From Anaerohalosphaeraceae bacterium (GTDB lineage: Bacteria; Planctomycetota; Phycisphaerae; Sedimentisphaerales; Anaerohalosphaeraceae), in assembly GCA_963675525.2 (NCBI GenBank), contig CAXXSL010000005.1, forward strand, positions 32,001-96,000: 64,000 bases of DNA, read 5' to 3'. Positions 19,422-28,393 of this stretch are shown here, in pieces (the first letter of the stretch is position 1; each line of letters opens with the position of its first letter). Both the position numbers and the translations under genes were made by a program. The notes under the pieces are model-generated. The model was not told where the DNA came from and searched no databases. It was given only the letters and a program-made list of their open reading frames with translations.

Positions 19422-21956
19422 ATGAAGTCGCAACGTGTGTTAAAGTTTAGTTGTGGTATTGTTTTCTGTGTTCTTATCATGGTGCTTGGCTGTACTTCCA
19501 TTGGTTCTATGACAGCCCAGACATTTACAGATGGCAATAACACCGCAAAACTACAGGTCAATCTGTCGGATGGAGTCAAAAGTTACACTTTGACCACAAC
19601 GGCTCCGCTTCGGGATAATGAACCGGCAGACAAAACGCGGACATTTTCTGAGAACCCCGATTTCCCATCTATTCGCACAGGCAATGAGATGTTTGATGCC
19701 TTATACGCGTTGACGCTGGATGACGCCCGCTTAAATGCGGTCGACCAGATTCGCGACGGCAGCTTTGAGATTCGGGGCACCATGAATCGTCCGTATTTTC
19801 AAACCGGCGAAAAGTGGACCTATGTGTGGACGCGGGATATTTCCTATTCGGTTGACCTGGGACTGGCTTCGCTGGACCCGCAGCGGTGTATGAATTCATT
19901 GCTGTTTAAAACCACGCGTTTGAAGCCGGGTATTGACGGAGAGCATTCTCGTCAGATCGTTCAGGATACCGGCTCGGGCGGCAGTTATCCCGTTTCAACG
20001 GATCGTGTCGTGTGGGCCATCGGGGCGGCGGAATTACTGAAGTATCTCGATGGGGATCAGCGAGCGCAATTTTTAGAAAACGCCTGGCAGATCATGCAGG
20101 ACACCATTGAGCATGACCGCCGCATCATATTTGACTCGGATGACGGACTGTATCGAGGGGAACAATCATTTCTGGACTGGCGGGAGCAAACGTATCCCGG
20201 CTGGACGAAAGATAATGTGTTGGCTATCGCTAAATCCAAAACGCTTTCGACAAATATCGGTCATTATGCCTTGCTTAAAGCAGCCGCAAACCTTGCTCAT
20301 TATAAAGGGCTTTCTGAACAACAAAATTGCTACGCGGATTGGGCGGATGCTCTCAAAAAGGCCATCAATAAAGAATTTTATATTGAATCAAAAGGGTTGT
20401 ATAGTTCACTTATTTTGGATGAACCGTTCAAGATACGATTGAATCGCTTTGATTTGCTTGGCCAATCGCTGGCGATTCTCTGCGGGATTGCTGATTCGGA
20501 AAAAAGTGAAAAAATCATCTCCAACTACCCACAGGCCCAATATGGCCCTCCGGTTGTATGGCCGCAGGAGCAAACCGTACCGATCTATCATAATCATGCG
20601 GTCTGGCCGTTTGTGACTGCTTACTGGCTCAAAGCTGCTAAGCAGGCCGGCAATAGTGCTGCGGTTGATCAGGCGGTTTATTCATTGGTCAGAGGCACGG
20701 CCCTGAACCTTTCCAATATGGAAAACTTTGATTTTGTAACAGGGAATGCATATGCGGAAATCAACGGTATCAGTGGGCCGGTCATCAACTCGCGCCGCCA
20801 GTTGTGGTCGGTTGCCGGATACATGGCGATGGTGCAGGACATCGTTTTTGGATTGGAAACCGATTGGGACGGCATTCGATTCTTGCCCTGTGTTACGCCG
20901 AAAATGCATCGCGACTATTTTAAGAACAGTAAGACGCTTGATCTGAAAAACTTTAAGTACCAGGGAAAAACCATCCACGTAACCATTAACTTACCTTCCC
21001 TGAGTGAAGAAGAGGTCGGCATTTACAAAATCGACAAAATTTATTTGAATGACCGGCCGATTGAAAAGAACTTTGTTGCGCCGGCTGATTTACACAAGGA
21101 GAACCATTGGGAAGTTTGGCTCACTGCTGCAGAAAATAAAACGCCGGATAGAATTAATCTGGTCAAGAGTCTAAGCGGAAGGAATATTTTTGGTCCCAAG
21201 CAGCCCCAATGGAGAGCTGTTGGATTAGGAGGCATTACTGTTGATAGCGGCAAACTCAAGCTGCACTATGATGCCGATGGCCAAACCGATGTTCGTTTTA
21301 ACATTTACCGTAACGGTCAATTATGTGCCAACGGGATCACCGAAACCGAATGGACGGACCCCGATTCAGCGGACTATTGGGACAATGTTTATTTCTATAT
21401 GGTTGAAGCAGTTTATCCCGATTCCGGGAACTGCTCACATTTAACACCTGTGCACTCTTACTGTATGACAGATAATGTGATTGAAATTGATGCGGCTGTA
21501 ATGAAAAATAAAGGCGGAAACCTGGTGAACGAGCATCATTTTGAAAACTGGGGACTTCCTGAACACGAATTACAGACGGCTGTGTTTACCATGAAAAGAA
21601 CCGGAACATATTTGATTAGCGCTGCATATTCAAACGGGGCCGGTCCGATCAATACCGGCGTGACCTGTGCCGTTAAACGAATCGAAATCTTAAAGGTTGA
21701 CAACAGCCGGTCCTTTGCGGCATCATATCTGATCATGCCCCATACAGCGGATTGGGCAAGATATCTTGACTCTTCGTCATTTCAGGCTGATTTGAAAAAG
21801 GGCGAAAAATACTCCGTCAGAATTTTCGAGGACGAGTACGCTCGAAACATGAGTTACTTCGATCATTATGAGTCTTACAAAAGTACAGGCAATGGAACCA
21901 GACCCTACAATTATGTCAATATTTCTAAAATCAGATTGATTCGATTAAAGGATTGA
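19422..21956 (+). CDS. Six-hairpin glycosidase-like lipoprotein (amylo-alpha-1,6-glucosidase-like)
   Basis: Lipobox-like VLGC; W.YVWTRDISYS, QDTGSGGSYPVSTDRVVW, GEQSFLDWREQTYP, YHNHAVWPFV, NSRRQLWSVAG; C-terminal FN3/CBM-like region. Confidence 0.7.
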   Translation: MKSQRVLKFSCGIVFCVLIMVLGCTSIGSMTAQTFTDGNNTAKLQVNLSDGVKSYTLTTTAPLRDNEPADKTRTFSENPDFPSIRTGNEMFDALYALTLDDARLNAVDQIRDGSFEIRGTMNRPYFQTGEKWTYVWTRDISYSVDLGLASLDPQRCMNSLLFKTTRLKPGIDGEHSRQIVQDTGSGGSYPVSTDRVVWAIGAAELLKYLDGDQRAQFLENAWQIMQDTIEHDRRIIFDSDDGLYRGEQSFLDWREQTYPGWTKDNVLAIAKSKTLSTNIGHYALLKAAANLAHYKGLSEQQNCYADWADALKKAINKEFYIESKGLYSSLILDEPFKIRLNRFDLLGQSLAILCGIADSEKSEKIISNYPQAQYGPPVVWPQEQTVPIYHNHAVWPFVTAYWLKAAKQAGNSAAVDQAVYSLVRGTALNLSNMENFDFVTGNAYAEINGISGPVINSRRQLWSVAGYMAMVQDIVFGLETDWDGIRFLPCVTPKMHRDYFKNSKTLDLKNFKYQGKTIHVTINLPSLSEEEVGIYKIDKIYLNDRPIEKNFVAPADLHKENHWEVWLTAAENKTPDRINLVKSLSGRNIFGPKQPQWRAVGLGGITVDSGKLKLHYDADGQTDVRFNIYRNGQLCANGITETEWTDPDSADYWDNVYFYMVEAVYPDSGNCSHLTPVHSYCMTDNVIEIDAAVMKNKGGNLVNEHHFENWGLPEHELQTAVFTMKRTGTYLISAAYSNGAGPINTGVTCAVKRIEILKVDNSRSFAASYLIMPHTADWARYLDSSSFQADLKKGEKYSVRIFEDEYARNMSYFDHYESYKSTGNGTRPYNYVNISKIRLIRLKD

Positions 21957-22001
21957 TCGCCAAATCGAAATTGAGAGGAAGATTTAAAGAAAGGTTTCAA
22001 A

Positions 22002-24842
22002 ATGTTTAATCGCTTAATCCAGGTCGCTGTTTTTCAATTGTTGATCGCATGTGGCTTTTGTCAGGTCTTATTTGAGAAGGATTTCTCGGATTCCATATCG
22101 GGCGATCCGGCAAACGTGCAGGTGTGCCCCGGCAGTCTTGATTTTAAATTTTATCAGGAAACGGGTAACCGTCTTTGGGTCAAGGATAATGAGGCAGGTG
22201 TGACGTACCCGGTTGATTCGGCGATTACGGATCTTTTCAATAATCAGACATTGTACTTAAGTTTTAGTCTGCATAGTTTGAACGAGATGACCAAAGATAA
22301 ATTTGCAGGCCTGTTTCTCTATCAAGATGATCAAGAGGTCTTAGGGTTGGGCAATGATTACACCTCTGAAAACTTCAGCTTCTGGACTTCTGACGGCAAG
22401 GGCATCGTCATTGGTGATATTCCGACGCCGGTGGATACGGACGTTCACAAGATCGTTATACGGATTGATTACAACTCGAACGGCCCGGAAATGATTAAGG
22501 TTGGTCTGGACCCGTTTTGCCGCCGCAGTGAAGCCCGCCAGCCGGACCACATCTGGACAACCTATGAAAAAGAACTGGTCTTTGATGAAATTCGAATTCG
22601 CTGCGGCAACAAGGATTGTACCTGGGAATTTGACGAGGTCCGCATCGGCACGGATTGGGCCTCGGTAACTGCCTCCAATGACGAGCCGGGTGAATATATC
22701 GAAACCCTTACGGCCAATCCGCTTCCATCAGGAGAAAAAGAAATGATTCTTGATGGGGTCGCCCGTTTCTGGCCGTCCGGAGTTGATGAATCAGATGTAC
22801 TGCCTTCCTTTACGTTGGAAAGTCCGCGTTCCTCAATTGGTTCGGTTTCTGCTTCATGGAAACTGACGCCGCAATTTGGAACCCATGAGAATGAAAGATA
22901 TGCTTATATCAGCATTCCTGCCGAAACTGACCTCTATGGCACCGGTGAAGTTGCGGGCAGTCTGCTGCGTAACGGATACAAGATCGTTCTTTTAAATAAA
23001 GACAACTACGGCTACAATAAGCCGGATCAACTCTACCAGTCGCATCCCTGGGTTTTGGGGCTTCGTCCGGACGGTACGGCTTTCGGTATCATTTTTGATA
23101 CGCCTTGGCAGGCAGAGTTGGATTTGCGAGCGGGCATTCTGTTTACCGTTTCCGACCAAGCACCGGCTTTTCCGGTCATGGTCATCGAAGGGAAAAATCC
23201 TCAGGATGTAATGGTCAAGCTGACAAAGCTGACCGGTGCGATGCCCATGCCGCCGCGTTGGGCGCTGGGGTATCAGCAGTGCCGTTATTCATATAATCCC
23301 GATGCACGTGTGCGCCAAATTGCCGACACCTTCAGGGCCAAGCGCATTCCCTGCGATGTGATCTGGTTTGACATTGATTATATGCATGGATTTCGCATCT
23401 TTACGTTTGACCCCAATCAATATCCCGACCCCAAAAGCACGAATGATTATCTGCATTCTCTGGGCTTTAGCAGTGTCTGGATGATCGATCCGGGCGTCAA
23501 ACACGATACCGAATATTTTGTGTATGACAGCGGCACCCGGGCGGATGCCTGGGTCAAAACGGCGTCAGGCAATCCCTATGTCGGACCGGTCTGGCCGGGC
23601 GATTGTGTGTTTCCCGATTTTACCATTCCCGCAGTTCGTAGTTGGTGGGGCGGTCTTTATAAAGCGTTTATGGCTCTTGGCATTGACGGGGTCTGGAATG
23701 ATATGAATGAACCGGCTGTCTTCAATTCCGCAACAGAGGGGACAATGCCGCTGGATAACCATCATCGTGGCGGCGGTGGTTTGCCGGCCGGCCCTCATGC
23801 CCAATATCATAATGTGTACGGGATGCTGATGGTCAAGGCCTCGCGGGAAGGCATTCAGAACGCCAATCCCGAAAAACGCCCCTTCGTATTGTCTCGGGCC
23901 AATTTTCTGGGCGGTCACCGTTATGCTGCGACCTGGACCGGCGATAACAAAGCAACCTGGGAGCACTTAAAGCTGTCGATCCCGATGTCCCTGAATCTGA
24001 GTCTTTCCGGCCAGCCGTTTAACGGCCCGGATATCGGCGGCTTTGTTGGCGATGCTGCACCCGATCTGTGGGCACACTGGATTTCGGTAGGGGCCTTTTA
24101 TCCCTTCAGTCGGGCGCATACATCCAAAGAGACCGCCAATCAGGAACCGTGGGAATTTGGCCCGGAGACGGAAAACGCAGCTCGTATTGCTTTGCAGCGG
24201 CGTTATCGTCTGATGCCTTACCTTTACACGCTTTTCCGGCAGTCACACGAACAGGGCCTGCCGGTGATGCAGCCGGTGCTGTTCGCTGACCCGACCGATA
24301 TTTCTTTGCGTATGGAAGACCAGGCATTTCTAATCGGACAGGATGTGATGGTTGTTCCCAAATGGGCCACGAATGTCCAAATGCCGAAGGGAATCTGGCG
24401 AAGTATTTCGATCGTCGGTGAAAACGCTGCCACGGATGCCTATCAATGCGATGTGAAGGTTCGCGGCGGGGCGATCGTTCCGCTGGGGCCGATTGTGCAG
24501 ACAACGCAGGAAATTGCAATCAAACAACCGTTAACACTAATGGTGGTTCTGGATGACCGGGGCCAGGCAACCGGGACTCTTTATGAGGATGCCGGTCAGG
24601 GTCACAACTACCTTCAGGGAGAATATTGTTTGTCAACTTTTACGGCTCAAAAAGACGGCGACCGCGTGACGGTCAAATGCATCGAACAGAAAGGGAAACA
24701 GGTATCTGATAAACGTCTTGTTACGGTGGTGCTTGTTGGCGAAGACGGAGTTCGTTATGGATTTGGTGATCTGATCAGTGGCGTAAAAGTGAAGCTTGAC
24801 GGCCGAGCCGAACACATTGCAGAGACGTCGCTGCTCAGATAA
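22002..24842 (+). CDS. GH31 alpha-glucosidase with an N-terminal extension
   Basis: YGTGE, LYQSHPW, PPRWALGYQQCRYSY, WFDIDY, GVWNDMNEP (nucleophile), WTGDN (acid/base), GPDIGGF, LYEDAG. Confidence 0.93.
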   Translation: MFNRLIQVAVFQLLIACGFCQVLFEKDFSDSISGDPANVQVCPGSLDFKFYQETGNRLWVKDNEAGVTYPVDSAITDLFNNQTLYLSFSLHSLNEMTKDKFAGLFLYQDDQEVLGLGNDYTSENFSFWTSDGKGIVIGDIPTPVDTDVHKIVIRIDYNSNGPEMIKVGLDPFCRRSEARQPDHIWTTYEKELVFDEIRIRCGNKDCTWEFDEVRIGTDWASVTASNDEPGEYIETLTANPLPSGEKEMILDGVARFWPSGVDESDVLPSFTLESPRSSIGSVSASWKLTPQFGTHENERYAYISIPAETDLYGTGEVAGSLLRNGYKIVLLNKDNYGYNKPDQLYQSHPWVLGLRPDGTAFGIIFDTPWQAELDLRAGILFTVSDQAPAFPVMVIEGKNPQDVMVKLTKLTGAMPMPPRWALGYQQCRYSYNPDARVRQIADTFRAKRIPCDVIWFDIDYMHGFRIFTFDPNQYPDPKSTNDYLHSLGFSSVWMIDPGVKHDTEYFVYDSGTRADAWVKTASGNPYVGPVWPGDCVFPDFTIPAVRSWWGGLYKAFMALGIDGVWNDMNEPAVFNSATEGTMPLDNHHRGGGGLPAGPHAQYHNVYGMLMVKASREGIQNANPEKRPFVLSRANFLGGHRYAATWTGDNKATWEHLKLSIPMSLNLSLSGQPFNGPDIGGFVGDAAPDLWAHWISVGAFYPFSRAHTSKETANQEPWEFGPETENAARIALQRRYRLMPYLYTLFRQSHEQGLPVMQPVLFADPTDISLRMEDQAFLIGQDVMVVPKWATNVQMPKGIWRSISIVGENAATDAYQCDVKVRGGAIVPLGPIVQTTQEIAIKQPLTLMVVLDDRGQATGTLYEDAGQGHNYLQGEYCLSTFTAQKDGDRVTVKCIEQKGKQVSDKRLVTVVLVGEDGVRYGFGDLISGVKVKLDGRAEHIAETSLLR

Positions 24843-24932
24843 CAGAGGTATAAAAAGAAAAGATACCTTATGAAACTATCTTTAAAGCGTATATCTTCCG
24901 GACTTCATTACGATTCTTTCCTGGAATTTTTG

Positions 24933-24996
24933 TTGACGGATCGCCGACATTATGTTAAACCGTTATTTTAAGTGTTCAATTAAGATAACGGTTTAA
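24933..24996 (+). promoter_or_regulatory. Sigma70-like promoter overlapped by a 17-bp inverted repeat (putative TetR operator)
   Basis: TTGACG (24933), 17-bp spacer, TGnTAAACC; arms TTAAACCGTTATTTTAA (24955-24971) and TTAAGATAACGGTTTAA (24980-24996) are 16/17 complementary. Confidence 0.7.
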
Positions 24997-25010
24997 GCGG
25001 AAGCCGAACT

Positions 25011-25655
25011 ATGGCGAAACGTAAAGACGGACAGGAACGAAAAGCATTGCTTCTGGAAACGGCAACAAAGGTGTTTGCCGAAAAGGGCTTCCGTGACACC
25101 ACCATTGCCGATATCTGTCAGGAGGCACACTCGAATATGGCCTCCGTCAACTATTATTTTGGCTCCAAGGACGAGCTTTATGCGGAAGTCTGGAAGAACG
25201 CCTTTCAAAATTCGGTCGAAAAATATCCGCCGGATATGCAGGTATCGCCCGATGCAACCCCCGAAGACCGGCTGCGGGCGCTGATTAAATCATTCCTTCA
25301 TCGGATGTTGGATTCCGGTGAGTTGGGATACGCTGGGCAGATATTGCTGATGGAACTGGCCAATCCTACTGAGGCCATTGAACACATTAAACAGGATGCG
25401 ATCGAGCCGCTTCGAAAAAGAATGATCGCGATCTTGCAGCAATTGCTCGGCGAACAGACCGACGAGCGGGACGTGGCGTTTTGTGCAATGAGCGTTATCC
25501 ATCAGTGCATGGGCTTCGGTTTTCGTCGCGGCAAATTACCTCCGCCTTTACGTAAACTTGAAATAAACGGCTTGCACGAAGCGTTATCTGAACATATCAC
25601 CCAATTTTCATTAGCGGGAATCACGGCAGTGAAAAAACGAACAGCCCAATCATAA
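25011..25655 (+). CDS. TetR/AcrR-family regulator (CerR/DUF1956-like C-terminus)
   Basis: FAEKGFRDTTIADICQEA..VNYYFGSKDELY HTH; C-terminal HITQFSLAG. Confidence 0.92.
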   Translation: MAKRKDGQERKALLLETATKVFAEKGFRDTTIADICQEAHSNMASVNYYFGSKDELYAEVWKNAFQNSVEKYPPDMQVSPDATPEDRLRALIKSFLHRMLDSGELGYAGQILLMELANPTEAIEHIKQDAIEPLRKRMIAILQQLLGEQTDERDVAFCAMSVIHQCMGFGFRRGKLPPPLRKLEINGLHEALSEHITQFSLAGITAVKKRTAQS

Positions 25656-25667
25656 CAGGAGAAAAAA

Positions 25668-27077
25668 GTGAGGGCGTTGATACAACGATTGAAATGGTTC
25701 TTTTTGTTAGCAGCATTAGCTGCAGGTGGATGCAGTGTGCCCGAGTCCCGAACTCTAATGCCGTCTTTTGCGTTGCCGTCGGAGTTTTCAGCAAAGGGAG
25801 CCGAGCCAATGCCGCAAAAATGGTGGCAATCGCTCGGAGACCGGCAATTGGATGCGGTGATCGAAGAGGCACTGAGCAGTAACTTTACCATTCGGTCCGC
25901 CTGGGACCGGCTGACACAGGCCGAACAGACGGCGATTAAAACCGGCGCTGCGTTGTTCCCTTCCGTTACGTATCAGGGCGGCGCGGCGCGCATTAGCCAA
26001 CGGACTTCCAACACGACTGCCTACACATCGGATTATTCAGCCGGCCTGGTCGCCTCTTATGAGGTGGATCTGTGGGGAGGGATAAAATCCGCTCAGCAGG
26101 CGGCGGTTTTGGATGCCGAAGCGGCCCAGGAAAACGTCAGTGCTGCGGCGATGACCTTAACGGCGGCGATTGCCAAAACATGGTATCAACTGGCTGAAGT
26201 CAAACAGCAGGAACAAATCATTGAGCGACAGATTCAGGCCAATCAGAAAATTCTTGATGTGATTAAACTCCAGTTTCGACAGGCACAAGTCGGCGCTGCT
26301 GATGTTTTCAGTCAGCAGCAGTTGGTTCAAGCCAGCCGGGGCCAGTTGATCCAGGTGCGGGAAAACAGTACACTGCTTCAGCATCAACTTTCGATTTTGA
26401 CGGGAAAAACACCCGGGCGATGGTGGTCGGATCAGTCCATTGCGCTGGTGACACCGGGGCAACTGCCGGCAATTGATGTGCCGGCGGTGGTCATTCAGCG
26501 ACGCCCGGATGTCATCAGTGCCTACAAGAGTGTTCAGGCCGCCGATGGGCGTCTGGCGGCGGCGATTGCGGACCAATATCCCGCTATCAGTTTATCAGGC
26601 GCCGTCGAAACGTCTGCCGCCAGAACACGCGACTTGTTTGACGATTGGCTGGCCAATCTGGCGGTGAATTTAACGGGCCCCTTGTTCGATGCGGGCCTGC
26701 GTAAAGCCGAAGCGAAACGCACGCGGGCTGTTCTTTCAGAGAAACTCAATGACTACAGCCAGTCGGTTCTGGAAGCGCTGCAGGAAACCGAAGATGCGAT
26801 CAGCCAGGAACAGTACCAGCGACAGTATGCCGAAAGTTTGCAGAAACAGCTTGCCCTGTCTCGTGATGTTTATGAGCGGACCTATCAAAACTATCTGAAA
26901 GGGCAATTGGATTATCTCCGTGTGCTGAGTGCCGTGGTCACCCTGCAGCGTCTGGAACAAAGTGAACTGACTGCGCGTCGTGTTTTGGTTGAGCGTCGCA
27001 TTGATTTGTGTCGTTCTATTGCGGGTGGCTGGCCGTTGCAGCGTCCGGAAATGGCGACATTAGAAAATAATGACTAA
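25668..27077 (+). CDS. Outer-membrane efflux factor (NodT/OprM-like lipoprotein)
   Basis: Lipobox AGGC; WWQSLGDRQLD; SYEVDLWG; RRPDV; PLFDAG. Confidence 0.92.
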   Translation: MRALIQRLKWFFLLAALAAGGCSVPESRTLMPSFALPSEFSAKGAEPMPQKWWQSLGDRQLDAVIEEALSSNFTIRSAWDRLTQAEQTAIKTGAALFPSVTYQGGAARISQRTSNTTAYTSDYSAGLVASYEVDLWGGIKSAQQAAVLDAEAAQENVSAAAMTLTAAIAKTWYQLAEVKQQEQIIERQIQANQKILDVIKLQFRQAQVGAADVFSQQQLVQASRGQLIQVRENSTLLQHQLSILTGKTPGRWWSDQSIALVTPGQLPAIDVPAVVIQRRPDVISAYKSVQAADGRLAAAIADQYPAISLSGAVETSAARTRDLFDDWLANLAVNLTGPLFDAGLRKAEAKRTRAVLSEKLNDYSQSVLEALQETEDAISQEQYQRQYAESLQKQLALSRDVYERTYQNYLKGQLDYLRVLSAVVTLQRLEQSELTARRVLVERRIDLCRSIAGGWPLQRPEMATLENND

Positions 27078-27109
27078 TCTTTGACTGATACTGTAAAAAG
27101 GATAAATGA

Positions 27110-28393
27110 ATGGAGACAGAAAACAAAACGCCCAGTAATACATCGGATGCGCCGTCGATTTCGTCGCTGCGATGGTCACTGCGATTTCTTTTCAAGGTTG
27201 TGTTGCCGGTTATCTGCGTGATTGCGGCGGTTGTAATTGCGATAATCCTGATCAAAACCCGTCCGAAAGCCCAACGCCAAAAGCCGGCGCAACAGGCTCG
27301 GCTTGTAACCGTTGAAACGGCTCAACAGACGAATCACCAGATATCTGTCTCGGCGATGGGAAAGGTGATTCCAGCAAAGCGAATCACGCTTAGCCCGGAA
27401 GTTTCCGGCCGTATCGTCTTTGTCAACCCGCTGGTGATTCCCGGCGGAGCCATTCATAAAGGGCAGACCTTGCTCCGCATTGATGCCCGTGATTATGAAG
27501 CCGTTGTCAAACAGCGCCAAAGTGAAGTGGCCAAGGCCCAATTGAATTTAAAGTTGGAACAGGGCAATCAACTGGTTGCGCAGCAGGAATATGAAATGCT
27601 GGAGGACATTATTCAGGATCAGGACCAGGAATTGGTTCTCAGAAAACCGCATTTACAGGAAGCTCAAACGGCACTGGAAGCAGCCAAAGCCGCATTGGCC
27701 AAAGCTCAACTGGATGTTGTCCGCTGTACGGTTACGGCTCCATTTAATGCCGTCATCCAGGATAAGTTTGTAGATGTCGGTGCGCAGGTCACAGTGTCCA
27801 GTTCCCTGCTGACCCTTATGGGGACGGATGAATACTGGGTGGAGGCAAAGGTTTGGGTCAGTCAACTTCACTGGATCACCGTCCCGGAAAATAATCAACA
27901 GCCCGGTGCCCGTGTAAAAATCTTTAATTCGACGGTATGGGAACCGGATACCTATCGAGAGGGCCGGGTGGTTCGTTTACTCGGCCAACTGGAAGAAGCG
28001 GGGCGTCTGGCCCAACTGCTGATTTCCGTGAAAGACCCGCTGGTACTGGAAAGCGATTCGCCTGATGTGCCTCCGGTTTTGGTGGACTCCTTTGTGCGTG
28101 TCGAAATAGAAGGCATCACGCTTGAAGGCGTCTTTGGCGTCAAACGCGATTACCTGCGTGACGGGGATAATATTTGGATTATGAATGATGACAATCAGAT
28201 GGAAATCCGGCCTGTCAACGTTGTGTTTCGGGAAAAGCAGATGGTCTATCTTTCAGATGGATTGCACGCCGGTGACCGGATTGTTACCACCGACATCTCT
28301 GCGCCTGTGGACGGTATGCTGCTGCGGCTGAATGGTACGTCGGAATCAGCGGCATCGAAATCTGAAGCTGCAAACCCGGAGGCACAGGAATGA
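27110..28393 (+). CDS. RND periplasmic adaptor (membrane fusion protein)
   Basis: N-terminal TM; PEVSGRI..KGQTLLRID; coiled hairpin; APFNAVI. Confidence 0.92.
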   Translation: METENKTPSNTSDAPSISSLRWSLRFLFKVVLPVICVIAAVVIAIILIKTRPKAQRQKPAQQARLVTVETAQQTNHQISVSAMGKVIPAKRITLSPEVSGRIVFVNPLVIPGGAIHKGQTLLRIDARDYEAVVKQRQSEVAKAQLNLKLEQGNQLVAQQEYEMLEDIIQDQDQELVLRKPHLQEAQTALEAAKAALAKAQLDVVRCTVTAPFNAVIQDKFVDVGAQVTVSSSLLTLMGTDEYWVEAKVWVSQLHWITVPENNQQPGARVKIFNSTVWEPDTYREGRVVRLLGQLEEAGRLAQLLISVKDPLVLESDSPDVPPVLVDSFVRVEIEGITLEGVFGVKRDYLRDGDNIWIMNDDNQMEIRPVNVVFREKQMVYLSDGLHAGDRIVTTDISAPVDGMLLRLNGTSESAASKSEAANPEAQE

